From the NCBI GenBank assembly GCA_964540065.1, contig CAZIKY010000003.1, forward strand, positions 9,186-73,185: a stretch of DNA of 64,000 bases, read 5' to 3'. The translations under genes were made by a program, and so were the position numbers. The notes under the pieces are model-generated. The model was not told the DNA's origin. It saw nothing but the letters and a program-made list of their open reading frames with translations, and did no database searches. This document shows, in pieces, positions 47,283-56,774 of this stretch (position 1 is the stretch's first letter; the number at the start of each line of letters is the position of its first letter). This DNA comes from Candidatus Woesearchaeota archaeon (lineage in GTDB: Archaea; Nanobdellota; Nanobdellia; Pacearchaeales; JAHJTO01).

Positions 47283-48572
47283 ATGCTTGACATAAAGCTT
47301 ATTCGGGAAGACCCGAAGATTGTAAAAGAGAGTTTGAAGAAAAGAGGGCTTGATGAGAAAGATGTAGATCTTATTCTAGATCTAGATGAAAAGTGGAAAA
47401 AGCTTAAGCAGGAAAATGATTCTTTAAGGTCTGAGAGGAACAAAATAAGCGAAAAGATAAATGAAGCCAAAAAAGCAGGCAAGCCTATAACAGACATAAT
47501 AAAAAAGGCCAAGGAAATTCCAGAAGAATTAAAAAAGCAGGAAGAAGAGCTCACCCAAATTGAAACAAAAAGGCTCAAAATTCTTGAAAGCATTCCAAAC
47601 TTAGTTGACAAATCTGTCCCTGTTGGAGATGCAAGCAAAAACAAAGTCCTAGAGGTTGTCGGTAAGCCAACAAAGCCAAAGTTTGAACTTAAGCATCATG
47701 AAGATCTTCTTGTTTCCCTTGACCAGCTGGATATTGAAAGGGCAGCAAAAGTTTCCGGAGCAAGGTTCTACTACTTAAAGCGCGATTTGGTAAAACTCAA
47801 CCTAGCGCTGATTAACTTTGCGCTGGATCATTTAAGAAAGAAAGACTTCATACTTATGCAGCCGCCATTTATGATTAAAAAAGAGGCTCTTAATGGGGCA
47901 ATGAACTTTGCAGCATTTGAGGAAATGATTTACAAAATAGAAGGGGAAGACCTTTATCTTATAGGAACTGCAGAGCATGCGCTTAATGCCTATCACATGA
48001 ATGAAGTGCTCAATACAGAAGCCCTCCCATTGAGGTATGGCGGAGTTTCTCCGTGTTTCAGAAAAGAGGCCGGAAGCCACGGCAAGGACACGAAAGGGAT
48101 TTTCAGGATCCACCAATTTGAAAAGATCGAGCAGTTCATCTTCTGCAAGCCGGAAGATTCATGGAAAGAATTTGACTTAATATTCAAAAACACCAAAGAG
48201 ATGTTCAAGCAGCTCGGAATGCCATTCAGGATTGTAACCCTCTCATCGCAGGACATGGGTAGAGTTGCAACAAAAACAATAGATTTCGAAGGATGGTACC
48301 CTTCACAGCAGCAGTACCGGGAACTGGGTTCATGCTCTAACTGCCTGGATTATCAGGCAAGGAGAAGCAATATAAAATACGACGAGAAAGGAGAAAGGAA
48401 ATTCGTCCACACCCTTAACAACACAGCAATAGCCACAGAAAGGATGATCACTTGCCTCATAGATAACTACCAAAAGGCAGATGGAAGCATAGAAATTCCT
48501 AAAGTTCTTCAAAAATATATGGGGATAAAAGCCATAAAACCCTTAAAAGCACAAAAAGCAAAGAAAAAGTAA
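47283..48572 (+). CDS. serS: Seryl-tRNA synthetase
   Basis: MLDIKLIR, LIGTAE, FRKEAGSHGKDTKGIFRIHQFEK, ELGSCSNC, HTLNNTAIA. Confidence 0.98.
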   Translation: MLDIKLIREDPKIVKESLKKRGLDEKDVDLILDLDEKWKKLKQENDSLRSERNKISEKINEAKKAGKPITDIIKKAKEIPEELKKQEEELTQIETKRLKILESIPNLVDKSVPVGDASKNKVLEVVGKPTKPKFELKHHEDLLVSLDQLDIERAAKVSGARFYYLKRDLVKLNLALINFALDHLRKKDFILMQPPFMIKKEALNGAMNFAAFEEMIYKIEGEDLYLIGTAEHALNAYHMNEVLNTEALPLRYGGVSPCFRKEAGSHGKDTKGIFRIHQFEKIEQFIFCKPEDSWKEFDLIFKNTKEMFKQLGMPFRIVTLSSQDMGRVATKTIDFEGWYPSQQQYRELGSCSNCLDYQARRSNIKYDEKGERKFVHTLNNTAIATERMITCLIDNYQKADGSIEIPKVLQKYMGIKAIKPLKAQKAKKK

Positions 48573-48614
48573 GGCTTTTAAACGATTTCCCCTTGCTTAA
48601 TTTATCAAATTAAA

Positions 48615-49325
48615 ATGAAACCTTCATTAAACAATGTTCCAAAACACCTAGGAATAATTCTTGATGGCAATCGCAGATTCTCCAAGAGACTTATGCTCAA
48701 GCCATGGAAGGGGCACGAATGGGGGGCAAAAAAGGTAGAAGCTTTCCTCGACTGGTGTAAAGAATATGGAATTAAAGAAGTTACGCTTTATGCATTCTCA
48801 TTAGAAAACTTTGACAGGCCAAAAACAGAATTCAACTTCTTAATGCAGATCTTCGAAAAAGAATTCAAGAGGATGCTGAAAGATCCAAGGCTAGACAAAG
48901 ATAAGGTAAAGGTGAGATTCATAGGCCGAATAAGCATGTTCCCTAAAAGCTTGCAAAAAGTTATGCACCAGCTTATGGATAAAACCAAAGAGAACAAAGG
49001 ATTCATTGTAAATTTCGCGATGGCTTACGGCGGAAGAGCAGAAATAATAGATGCAACCAAAAAGATAGCAGAGCAGGTAAAGAAAGGAAAACTTGACCTA
49101 AATCAGATTAATGAAGAAACCTTCAGCAAAGACCTTTACCTTGAAAGCCAGCCTGATTTAATAATAAGAACATCAGAATCTAGGCTTTCTGGATTCCTTT
49201 TGTGGCAGGGAAGTTATGCAGAGCTGATCTTCCTTCCAAATAAGCTTTGGCCAGAATTCGAAAAGAAAGACCTCGAGGAATGCCTTGAAGAATATTCTAG
49301 AAGGCAGAGAAGATTTGGGAAGTAA
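48615..49325 (+). CDS. uppS: cis-prenyltransferase (UppS-like polyprenyl diphosphate synthase)
   Basis: HLGIILDGNRRF, YAFSLENFDR, YGGR.EI, IIRT..RLSGFL.WQ, RRFG. Confidence 0.95.
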   Translation: MKPSLNNVPKHLGIILDGNRRFSKRLMLKPWKGHEWGAKKVEAFLDWCKEYGIKEVTLYAFSLENFDRPKTEFNFLMQIFEKEFKRMLKDPRLDKDKVKVRFIGRISMFPKSLQKVMHQLMDKTKENKGFIVNFAMAYGGRAEIIDATKKIAEQVKKGKLDLNQINEETFSKDLYLESQPDLIIRTSESRLSGFLLWQGSYAELIFLPNKLWPEFEKKDLEECLEEYSRRQRRFGK

Positions 49326-49538
49326 TTAAACAAATTTCTCTTCGATTATTCTAGATATAGGTTTTCCAGTCTTTTCTTTTAATTCTTTTAGTTTTCTTAT
49401 TGCGCGAACAGATAAAGTTATGTCTATTCTTTTCCTTTGAAATGGAAGTTCCCTAGTCTTATCATACTCTTCCAATATTTTGAAAGCTTCTTTATTCTCT
49501 TCAATTATCTTCTTTATTCTTTTTTCATCTAATTGCAC
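49326..49538 (-). CDS. Putative antitoxin with C-terminal ribbon-helix-helix
   Basis: RIDITLSVRAIRKLKELKEKTGKPISRIIE; overlaps Doc gene by 14 nt. Confidence 0.7.
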   Translation of the reverse strand: MQLDEKRIKKIIEENKEAFKILEEYDKTRELPFQRKRIDITLSVRAIRKLKELKEKTGKPISRIIEEKFV

Positions 49539-49860
49539 TTTTAAGCCTCCTCTCGATTATTGAAATTTCACTAATATTTTTCTTTGCTACAGAAACAATT
49601 TGCTGAATCAATGAGTCTCGATCTACAACACGATTATTTTCATTGGCAAACTCATAAGCTAAGAAAAGGGCTGTTCTTTTATTCCCATCAGAAAACGGGT
49701 GGTCCACAAGTATTGCTCTGATTAAGTACGCAAGCTTTTTGAATTCCCCTATTTTATTATCCTTTTGTTTCTCCAACGCAAAATCCAGGCTAGAGCTAGA
49801 GATTAAGTTTCCCCCGAAACCTTTGTTTATCCTTAGCAATTCAATCTTGTCAATTTTCAT
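49525..49860 (-). CDS. Fic/Doc family toxin (Doc-type motif)
   Basis: HPFSDGNKRTA; start taken at MKIDK. Confidence 0.85.
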   Translation of the reverse strand: MKIDKIELLRINKGFGGNLISSSSLDFALEKQKDNKIGEFKKLAYLIRAILVDHPFSDGNKRTALFLAYEFANENNRVVDRDSLIQQIVSVAKKNISEISIIERRLKSAIR

Positions 49861-49862
49861 AC

Positions 49863-49875
49863 ACATATAATATGT
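49863..49875. promoter_or_regulatory. Palindrome ACATAT-A-ATATGT, candidate TA operator
   Basis: Lies between the TATA box (49881-49890) and the doc start codon. Confidence 0.5.
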
Positions 49876-49920
49876 AAACCTATATATAAACTTTACGGTT
49901 TTTATACACATAAATAATAT

Positions 49921-50454
49921 CTACTTGACTTTCTTAACAAGATAAACATAAAGCTCTTCAAAGAAAAAATGTTTCTTATCAAGGAGGTCTGCCATGAAAC
50001 CTTTCTTCTTGATTATTCCATCAACTTTATCCTTAGTCGTGAGCGATGAAAAAAGGATTATGATTATCCCGCCTTTTGCCAGATGAACTGAAACTTTCTG
50101 AAAAAACTTTTCTATAAGTTCATGCCCTTTCTTTCCCCCATAAAGGGCCGGATCATCAACCCCTTTATCTTGTGGAAGATATGGTGGATTGAAAACTATC
50201 GTATCAAACTTTCCTTTAACATTAGAAAACAAGTCCGAGACCTTAAATGAAATCTTAGGATCCTTTATGTTCTTTTTGCAGTAAGCAATTGTCTCCTTGT
50301 CAATGTCTACTGCCAAAACAGATTCCACATCTTTATTCCTGGCAGCCGCGAGAGCCTGGATTCCAGACCCAGTCCCCATGTCAAGAACTTTTCCTTTCGC
50401 AAGAGCTTCGACATGCACTGCAAGCATATAAGAATCTTCCCTTGGGAAATACAT
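49921..50454 (-). CDS. hemK: HemK2/Mtq2-like N5-glutamine methyltransferase (aRF1 GGQ methylase candidate)
   Basis: YFPREDS, LDMGTGSG, FNPPYLP, GG..G. Confidence 0.88.
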   Translation of the reverse strand: MYFPREDSYMLAVHVEALAKGKVLDMGTGSGIQALAAARNKDVESVLAVDIDKETIAYCKKNIKDPKISFKVSDLFSNVKGKFDTIVFNPPYLPQDKGVDDPALYGGKKGHELIEKFFQKVSVHLAKGGIIIILFSSLTTKDKVDGIIKKKGFMADLLDKKHFFFEELYVYLVKKVK

Positions 50455-50456
50455 TT

Positions 50457-50876
50457 TCAGATGTCCCAGTACAGCATAGATGCCGCAAGGATTACAATTA
50501 AAGCTACGGCGAACAATGTAGCATAGGAGTATATTTTATAGAACTTTTCAATCTTTAATATATCTTGGTTAAGCTCCTTATTTTTCAGCTTCTTTATAGA
50601 TTTTATATTGAAAAACCGGTCTAAGATCTCCTCTCTTCCTTTTTCAGAAAAGAATCCTAGAGTAATGAAGTCATAAATTAGTATGAACCCCATCTTAAAA
50701 ATCGTAATAGGATTAATGTAAAGAATTTTAAAGGCCAGTTTAGGCTTTACCCTCTTAACTTTCTCCCTAAAACTGTATATTAAATGTATCCAGTATAAAC
50801 CACTGAGAACGAGAGCGAGTATGATTATGCTAAAAGCTACAGATAAAATGAGGACTGCAGAAGATCCTAAACCCAT
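50457..50876 (-). CDS. Hypothetical membrane protein
   Basis: Three hydrophobic segments; AT-rich by eye. Confidence 0.6.
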   Translation of the reverse strand: MGLGSSAVLILSVAFSIIILALVLSGLYWIHLIYSFREKVKRVKPKLAFKILYINPITIFKMGFILIYDFITLGFFSEKGREEILDRFFNIKSIKKLKNKELNQDILKIEKFYKIYSYATLFAVALIVILAASMLYWDI

Positions 50877-50969
50877 ATCCCTATATCTGATTAAATCTAT
50901 TTAAATCTATCAGAATGCCCCGAGAGGGATTACACAAACTTTTTTAATAGTGGTGGAGCATTTATTTGA

Positions 50970-53276
50970 ATGGCTGAGCCGGAATTCTTCCCAATGAGCC
51001 CTCCAAAAGAGGTCACTACTGTTAAGGCTAAGCCTAAACCCAGCAGAGAAGAGCTGGAAAAAATAGAGCCCCCAAAAAATCCCGTTATAAAAAAAGCTCC
51101 AAGTTTAGAGGGGCAGCCCAAACCTAAGAAAAAAAGGGCTCCAAAAAAGAGCAAGAAGCTGGAGGTTTCTTCTGAAGAATATTCTCACAAGAATTCAAAT
51201 CCTAAAGAAAAAATAACGCTAGTCATAACAGAAAAGCCGCAGGCAGCTATGAAAATAGCTTATGCCCTTTCAGACACTAAGCCGACTGCAAGGAAAGTGG
51301 GACAGGTTACTTATTTTGAAGTGAACCGCGGAGAAGAAAAGATAATTGTCGGCTGTGCAGTAGGGCATCTTTTCACTCTTGCCGAGATCGGGAAAAAGAA
51401 ATGGCCTAATTTTGATTTGGAATGGGTTCCAAACCACACTAAAAAGGGATCAGAATTCACAAAAAGATATCTAGATGTTCTGAAGACCCTGGCTAAGAAA
51501 GCAAACAATTATGTGGTGGCATGCGACTACGATGTTGAGGGAGAAGTCATAGGACTCAATGTTGTCAGGTTTGCATGCGGCATGAAAGATGCAAAGAGGA
51601 TGAAATTCTCAACGCTCACAAAAGAGGACCTGAATTCCGCTTATGAAAAATTATCTCCCTCTCTCGATTGGGGCCTGGCTTATGCCGGAGAAACAAGGCA
51701 TTATTTGGATTGGCTTTACGGAATAAATTTAAGCAGGGCCTTAATGTCCGCCATGAAAAAAGCTGGGACATTCAAGATAATGAGCATCGGAAGAGTCCAG
51801 GGCCCAGCGCTTGCACTTGTCGTGAAAAAAGAAAAAGAGATTATGGCCTTTAAATCGTCTCCCTACTGGCAGGTTTCCCTTTTAGTTAAGAATGGGCATG
51901 AACTTTTGGTAAAATATCCTAACAACATCACTAAAAAAGATGAGCTTGAATTCTTCAAGAAGCTTAAGGGCAAGGAAGGAGTCGCGAAAACAGAAAAGAA
52001 AGAGGAAAGGCTCCTACCCCAAACACCTTTTGACCTCACAACATTGCAGATGGAGGCCCATAGACTGCATGGATTCTCTCCGGCAAGAACACTTCAGCTT
52101 GCCCAGCAGCTTTATCTCGCAGGAGTCATCTCCTATCCTAGAACCTCTTCTCAAAAACTCCCAACAAGCATTGGATATAACAAGATATTGGCAAGCTTGC
52201 CCAAATCCTTCACTAAGTTTGCAAAAAGGAAACAGCCGATAGAAGGAAAAAAGACCGACCCGGCCCATCCATCAATTTATCCAACCGGAGAAATTCCGGG
52301 GACTTCAGATGAAGACCAGCTCAAGCTTTATGACCTCATAGTAAAGAGATTCATAAACTGCTTCTGCGATGATGCAATAATCGAAACTAAAAACATAAAA
52401 GTCACTGTGGAAGGAAAGAATTTTTCGGCAAAAGGTCTTGAAGTAAAAGAAAAAGGATGGCTTAACGTTTATCCATCAAGAATAGAAGAAAAAAGCCTTC
52501 CAGACATTAATGGAAAAATAACTGTAAAAGAGGTTATTACTGAGGAGAAAATGACCCAGCCACCACACAGATATAGTGATGCAAGTTTAGTTTCTGAGCT
52601 CGCAAAGCGCAACCTCGGAACAAAATCCACGAGGGCGCTTATAGTAGAAACCCTTAAGGAAAGAGGCTATGTTTCACATGAAAGGCAGCTCAAGGCAACC
52701 CCCTTGGGAATAGCAGTAACAGACTCATTGTTAAAGAATTCTCCACTGATACTTAATGAGGAGCTTACTAGAAAATTCGAAAAAGAGATGGAATCTATCC
52801 AAACTTCAAAAAAAGGAGAGGAAGAGGAAAAAAGAATATTGAAAGAAGCTAGAACTGTTCTAGAAAAAATAGCTGAAGAGCTTAAGAAAAATGAGGAGAA
52901 AATGGGTAAAGAGCTTGCCGAAGCACAAGGAGAAGTGAGGAAGGGAGAAATAGAAGCCTCTAAACTTATTCTTTGCCCTAAATGCCAAAAAGGGTGGGTT
53001 TCTATAAGAAGAAGCAGATTCGGCTTCTTCCTGGGATGCAATGCCTATCCAGAATGCAAGAATACTTATCCTCTCCCTTCAAATGCTTTAATCAAAAAGA
53101 CAGACAAAACCTGCGAATGTGGGTGGCCAATGCTCCTTTCAATTAAAAAGGCAAAGAGACCTTGGCAATTCTGCGCTAATCCTGCTTGTCCAAGAAGACA
53201 GGAAAAGACCAAGCACGAGCACTTTGAGCCAAAAGAAGAATCGGATAAGCAAGAAAGTGAAGTTTTGGAAGAGTAA
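50970..53276 (+). CDS. topA: Type IA DNA topoisomerase with P/K-rich N-terminal extension and Zn ribbons
   Basis: ITEKP, CDYDVEGE, SIGRVQGP, ISYPRT (catalytic Tyr), HPSIYPT, LGTKSTR, C4 motifs. Confidence 0.96.
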   Translation: MAEPEFFPMSPPKEVTTVKAKPKPSREELEKIEPPKNPVIKKAPSLEGQPKPKKKRAPKKSKKLEVSSEEYSHKNSNPKEKITLVITEKPQAAMKIAYALSDTKPTARKVGQVTYFEVNRGEEKIIVGCAVGHLFTLAEIGKKKWPNFDLEWVPNHTKKGSEFTKRYLDVLKTLAKKANNYVVACDYDVEGEVIGLNVVRFACGMKDAKRMKFSTLTKEDLNSAYEKLSPSLDWGLAYAGETRHYLDWLYGINLSRALMSAMKKAGTFKIMSIGRVQGPALALVVKKEKEIMAFKSSPYWQVSLLVKNGHELLVKYPNNITKKDELEFFKKLKGKEGVAKTEKKEERLLPQTPFDLTTLQMEAHRLHGFSPARTLQLAQQLYLAGVISYPRTSSQKLPTSIGYNKILASLPKSFTKFAKRKQPIEGKKTDPAHPSIYPTGEIPGTSDEDQLKLYDLIVKRFINCFCDDAIIETKNIKVTVEGKNFSAKGLEVKEKGWLNVYPSRIEEKSLPDINGKITVKEVITEEKMTQPPHRYSDASLVSELAKRNLGTKSTRALIVETLKERGYVSHERQLKATPLGIAVTDSLLKNSPLILNEELTRKFEKEMESIQTSKKGEEEEKRILKEARTVLEKIAEELKKNEEKMGKELAEAQGEVRKGEIEASKLILCPKCQKGWVSIRRSRFGFFLGCNAYPECKNTYPLPSNALIKKTDKTCECGWPMLLSIKKAKRPWQFCANPACPRRQEKTKHEHFEPKEESDKQESEVLEE

Positions 53277-53303
53277 AAAAAGAAAAAGGAAAAAATAAAA
53301 ATC

Positions 53304-53486
53304 TTAAGACGTCAAGATAGCGCTTTTCAGAAAGCCGGAATAGAATCCGTCTTCGCACTTTCCGATCATTTTTGAAACTTTAAGCATTTCATACAAAAAG
53401 TCTAGGTTATAAACTCCTGAAGAAAGCTTTTCCTCAAAATGAGAAATTATTTCGGCACCAACTCTTTTTTCTAAATTTACCTCCAT
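53304..53486 (-). CDS. Possible 60-aa hypothetical protein
   Basis: ORF fills gap, TATA-like element upstream. Confidence 0.4.
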   Translation of the reverse strand: MEVNLEKRVGAEIISHFEEKLSSGVYNLDFLYEMLKVSKMIGKCEDGFYSGFLKSAILTS

Positions 53487-53597
53487 GTTCAGAAAAAAGT
53501 TGATTTTCTTTATATAAGTTGTGTGATTATGAACAAGTTACTATGTACTTATGCAAAGTAAGAACAGTTTATAAATAAATTTTTTACCGGCGGTAAA

Positions 53598-54308
53598 TTA
53601 GAATAGCCTGAATCCGGCTTTGGATATTCCTTTTCCGGTTATGTAGAACAAAAACTCTTTCTGAGGAATAGACCTGTGCTTTCTCAGTATCGCTTTCCTT
53701 CTGTCCCTTTCGATTTTCAGCTCGACAATGCATTTGCTTGCATGCTTAAGCAGATCTCCTCCAACCATGTGCACCGCCCTTTCATCCAGATTGCCATTCT
53801 TAGAAAAATCACTATAAACTTGATTAGTTACGATCACTGGGATGAATTTTTTCCTTGCAATCTCTGCCAAAATCCTAAGCTGCCTGGATAAACTACCGTT
53901 AATCTCGCTTATTCTTTTCTGATTTTCTTTCTCCCTTGCAAGGGCAAGCTCAAGGCGGTAAAGCATAGCCATGCTGTCAACTATTATCAAGCCCAATTCA
54001 GGCTTAATCTTCTCAAGAAGTTTGTTGAAAAGCTCCTGCTGTTCATCAAAGCTTGTGGCTTTAAGCAGAAGAATATTCTTCAGAACGCTTTCATCAGTAA
54101 GCTGCTTAAGCCTATCTACAGAAAATCCTCCCTCTGTATCCATAAAAATAACCTTCTTTCCAGTTTTAGCCATAGAAACTGCGGCAAGCATACACAAGTT
54201 AGTCTTTCCAGAGCCGGCAGGGCCGTAAAAAGTGGTTATGACGTCTCGTTCATATCCGCCGTCAAAGAATTGATCCAGATCTAAATTACCTGTTGATATC
54301 TTATCCAT
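53598..54308 (-). CDS. radB: DNA repair protein RadB
   Basis: GPAGSGKT, DTEGGFS, IIVDS, VIVTNQ, GG, LRKHRS. Confidence 0.93.
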   Translation of the reverse strand: MDKISTGNLDLDQFFDGGYERDVITTFYGPAGSGKTNLCMLAAVSMAKTGKKVIFMDTEGGFSVDRLKQLTDESVLKNILLLKATSFDEQQELFNKLLEKIKPELGLIIVDSMAMLYRLELALAREKENQKRISEINGSLSRQLRILAEIARKKFIPVIVTNQVYSDFSKNGNLDERAVHMVGGDLLKHASKCIVELKIERDRRKAILRKHRSIPQKEFLFYITGKGISKAGFRLF

Positions 54309-54349
54309 TTTGCAGACAAATGCCCTGCTCTAAGGGGCATAAATAAGAA

Positions 54350-54619
54350 TTACTTGGCCTTTATCTTTTTAACTTCGGCAAGGACTTTGCTGTTAAGTTT
54401 TGTTATCCTTTCAAGGGCATCAGTAAGAGCTTTTTTAGCGCTTTTCCCATCAGTCTTTACAATAAGAACAGGGTTTTTGGTTGGATGATCTCTTTTCCAG
54501 GCAGCAGCCGTAACAGAGTTATCATCCCATAATGAGCTTCTGACGAGCTCAGCAACGGTAACATTGCTTATCTCTACCTCAAGATGGTCTTTTTCATTTT
54601 TAAGAACTTTTACTATCAT
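54350..54619 (-). CDS. rpoL: RNA polymerase subunit L (Rpo11)
   Basis: AAAWKRDHP, PVLIVKTDG, ALTDAL. Confidence 0.88.
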   Translation of the reverse strand: MIVKVLKNEKDHLEVEISNVTVAELVRSSLWDDNSVTAAAWKRDHPTKNPVLIVKTDGKSAKKALTDALERITKLNSKVLAEVKKIKAK

Positions 54620-54643
54620 AAATTAATGATTTTTTGGGCCGTT

Positions 54644-55102
54644 TTAAATGTTTCTATTCTTAATCCGGCGCTCCTTGGGAACATAGTTGAATATTTTCTC
54701 CCCATTAGATTTGCCGCATCCAAGTAGATCTCCATTGTGCCTTAAAACCACAAATCCTTTCTGCACCTTAATTTCTATATCTCCCCCAGACATCCATGCC
54801 TTGGCCTGTTCTTCAGCCAAGTCTATTATGTTCTTTTTTATCTCCTGAGAAAGAACTTGAGTGGCATCAAAGCTTAGCTTAAACCCATTAGATTCCTTAA
54901 GAAGATACATCCCTATAATCTCCACATTGGCAATTTTAGAAAGTTCGACAATTTCATCACGGCTCATGTGCCCTGAAAATGCCATTATCCTCTCTTTACC
55001 AGATTGAACAAGAAGATAAGGCAGATCCGAAAGACCATACTCTTCCTTGATAGTTTCAGAGATTCTCTTCTTCTCAGCAGAAGTCAAAAATGAAAGTTTC
55101 AT
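54644..55102 (-). CDS. NIP7/RsmF C-terminal PUA-like protein, partner of the m5C methyltransferase
   Basis: LSFDATQ, AKAWMSG.DI, LGCGKS..IFNYVPKERR; 4-nt overlap with NSun gene. Confidence 0.75.
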   Translation of the reverse strand: MKLSFLTSAEKKRISETIKEEYGLSDLPYLLVQSGKERIMAFSGHMSRDEIVELSKIANVEIIGMYLLKESNGFKLSFDATQVLSQEIKKNIIDLAEEQAKAWMSGGDIEIKVQKGFVVLRHNGDLLGCGKSNGEKIFNYVPKERRIKNRNI

Positions 55103-56085
55103 CTTTCAGTATCCCCCTTTACCTCATCCAAAAGTGTGAGCTTCGCAACAAAAAATCCTTCAGAATCATTATCCTGCGGGTAAATCCTGCAGGTTTTTGT
55201 CACATCTTCGTTGAATTCCTCTCCTTTCCATGAAGTAATTCCCGGCCTGCACTTTATCGGCATCTTTAAAGTTTCAACCCTTACAGGAAATTTCCTTAAT
55301 GCAAAGTCTACGACTGATTCATTTTCCTCTGGAGAATGTGTGCATGTAGAATAAACTAAATTCCCTCCGACTTTCAAGCATTTAATGGACATTGCAAGAA
55401 GTTTTTTCTGCAGTCTTGAAAAAGATTCCACAGCCTTTATATTCCATTGGGTGAATGCTTTGGCGCTTGATCTAAGTGTCCCTTCCCCAGAGCAGGGAGC
55501 ATCAAGCAAAATCTTATCAAACTTGAATCCAGACCTTGCAAGCCTTGCGCATAAAGAAACACCGTCATTCCTCGTTATAATTGTGTTTGAAACTCCGCAT
55601 CTTTCCATGTTTGCGGCAAGGATTTTTATTCTCCCAAGAGCGAGATCATTGGCAATAATCGTCCCCTCATTTTCCATCATCGCCGCCATCTGCGTCGTTT
55701 TGCTCCCCGGGGCAGAAGCTAAATCTAAAACAAAATCTCCTGGCCTTGGATTCAAAGCTATCGCTGAAAGCATGCTTGAGATCTCCTGGATGTAATAATA
55801 GCCCAAAACATGCTCGATCGCATTTCCAAGCTCTCCTGGGCCGAGCTCTTGATCAACAAGCATTATTTCTGGATGCTCTTTAGAAGGCTGAACGATCTTC
55901 CACTTTTTTTCAAGTTTCTCTTTCAGATCGTTTACAGAGATTTTAAGAGTATTAACTCTTATAAAATTCCGAGGATTCCGGTAGATTATCTTTTCATAAG
56001 CCTCAAAGTCCTCTGAATCCGAAAGAAGCTTCTGCATCCTTTCTTTAAACAAGGGCTTAAGCTCATAAATCTGCTTCTTTCCCAT
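55099..56085 (-). CDS. RsmB/NOP2/NSun family RNA m5C methyltransferase
   Basis: IRVNTLK, YYIQE.SS, DLASAPGSKT, LLDAPCSGEG, YSTCT..PEENE. Confidence 0.95.
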   Translation of the reverse strand: MGKKQIYELKPLFKERMQKLLSDSEDFEAYEKIIYRNPRNFIRVNTLKISVNDLKEKLEKKWKIVQPSKEHPEIMLVDQELGPGELGNAIEHVLGYYYIQEISSMLSAIALNPRPGDFVLDLASAPGSKTTQMAAMMENEGTIIANDLALGRIKILAANMERCGVSNTIITRNDGVSLCARLARSGFKFDKILLDAPCSGEGTLRSSAKAFTQWNIKAVESFSRLQKKLLAMSIKCLKVGGNLVYSTCTHSPEENESVVDFALRKFPVRVETLKMPIKCRPGITSWKGEEFNEDVTKTCRIYPQDNDSEGFFVAKLTLLDEVKGDTER

Positions 56086-56136
56086 AAATCTACTTAGAAT
56101 AAGATGTTTTTAAAGTATGGCTGCACATTAATTAAT

Positions 56137-56706
56137 TTACAATTCCAAAACTTCATTGGAATTGACTGCCATTCTGGCCTGGTTTAGCCTCTCATTCTGA
56201 GCGGCTGCCATATCTACTTTGGGCTCTTCCTGCGGATTGGGGGTCTTTTCCTTCTTTCCAAAAAATCCAAACAATTTTTTGAACAAACCGGGCTTGTTTT
56301 CCTCAGGCACGACTTCAGAAGAAGCTGCTTCAGCCCCCTCAGATTGAATCGCTGCAGCCTGGACTGCAGGCGATTGTGCAATAATTTGCGGCACGGCAGT
56401 ATTAACATCATTGAAATTCCTTCTTGGAGCCTTGTATGTCGTGCTCCTGGCTCTAAGATCTTCCAAACCTACTTCTTTCTTAGGCAAGGAATAAGAATTT
56501 ATCGCCGGCCTGTTCACTCCCGACATTCTGCTTAAAACTTCCCTGACAGTAGGCCTTTTGTAAAGATCGTGTATGCTTTTGTTTGAAGCTGGAGGGACAA
56601 CGACTGCCCTTTCAAGGATAACGCAGGTCTTGCATAGTTTTTTATATTCTCCATCAACAAGACCGTCAACTTCAGCCTCTTTTTCTAAGCAGGATTCACA
56701 TTCCAT
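56137..56706 (-). CDS. Protein with N-terminal aMBF1-like Zn ribbon and low-complexity tail
   Basis: MECESC...LCKTC; no HTH recognised. Confidence 0.6.
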   Translation of the reverse strand: MECESCLEKEAEVDGLVDGEYKKLCKTCVILERAVVVPPASNKSIHDLYKRPTVREVLSRMSGVNRPAINSYSLPKKEVGLEDLRARSTTYKAPRRNFNDVNTAVPQIIAQSPAVQAAAIQSEGAEAASSEVVPEENKPGLFKKLFGFFGKKEKTPNPQEEPKVDMAAAQNERLNQARMAVNSNEVLEL

Positions 56707-56774
56707 GTTTTACAGAGAAAAACAACATATAAAAGGTTTGTTATTAGGTAAACTATATTAGATAAGAACACAAT

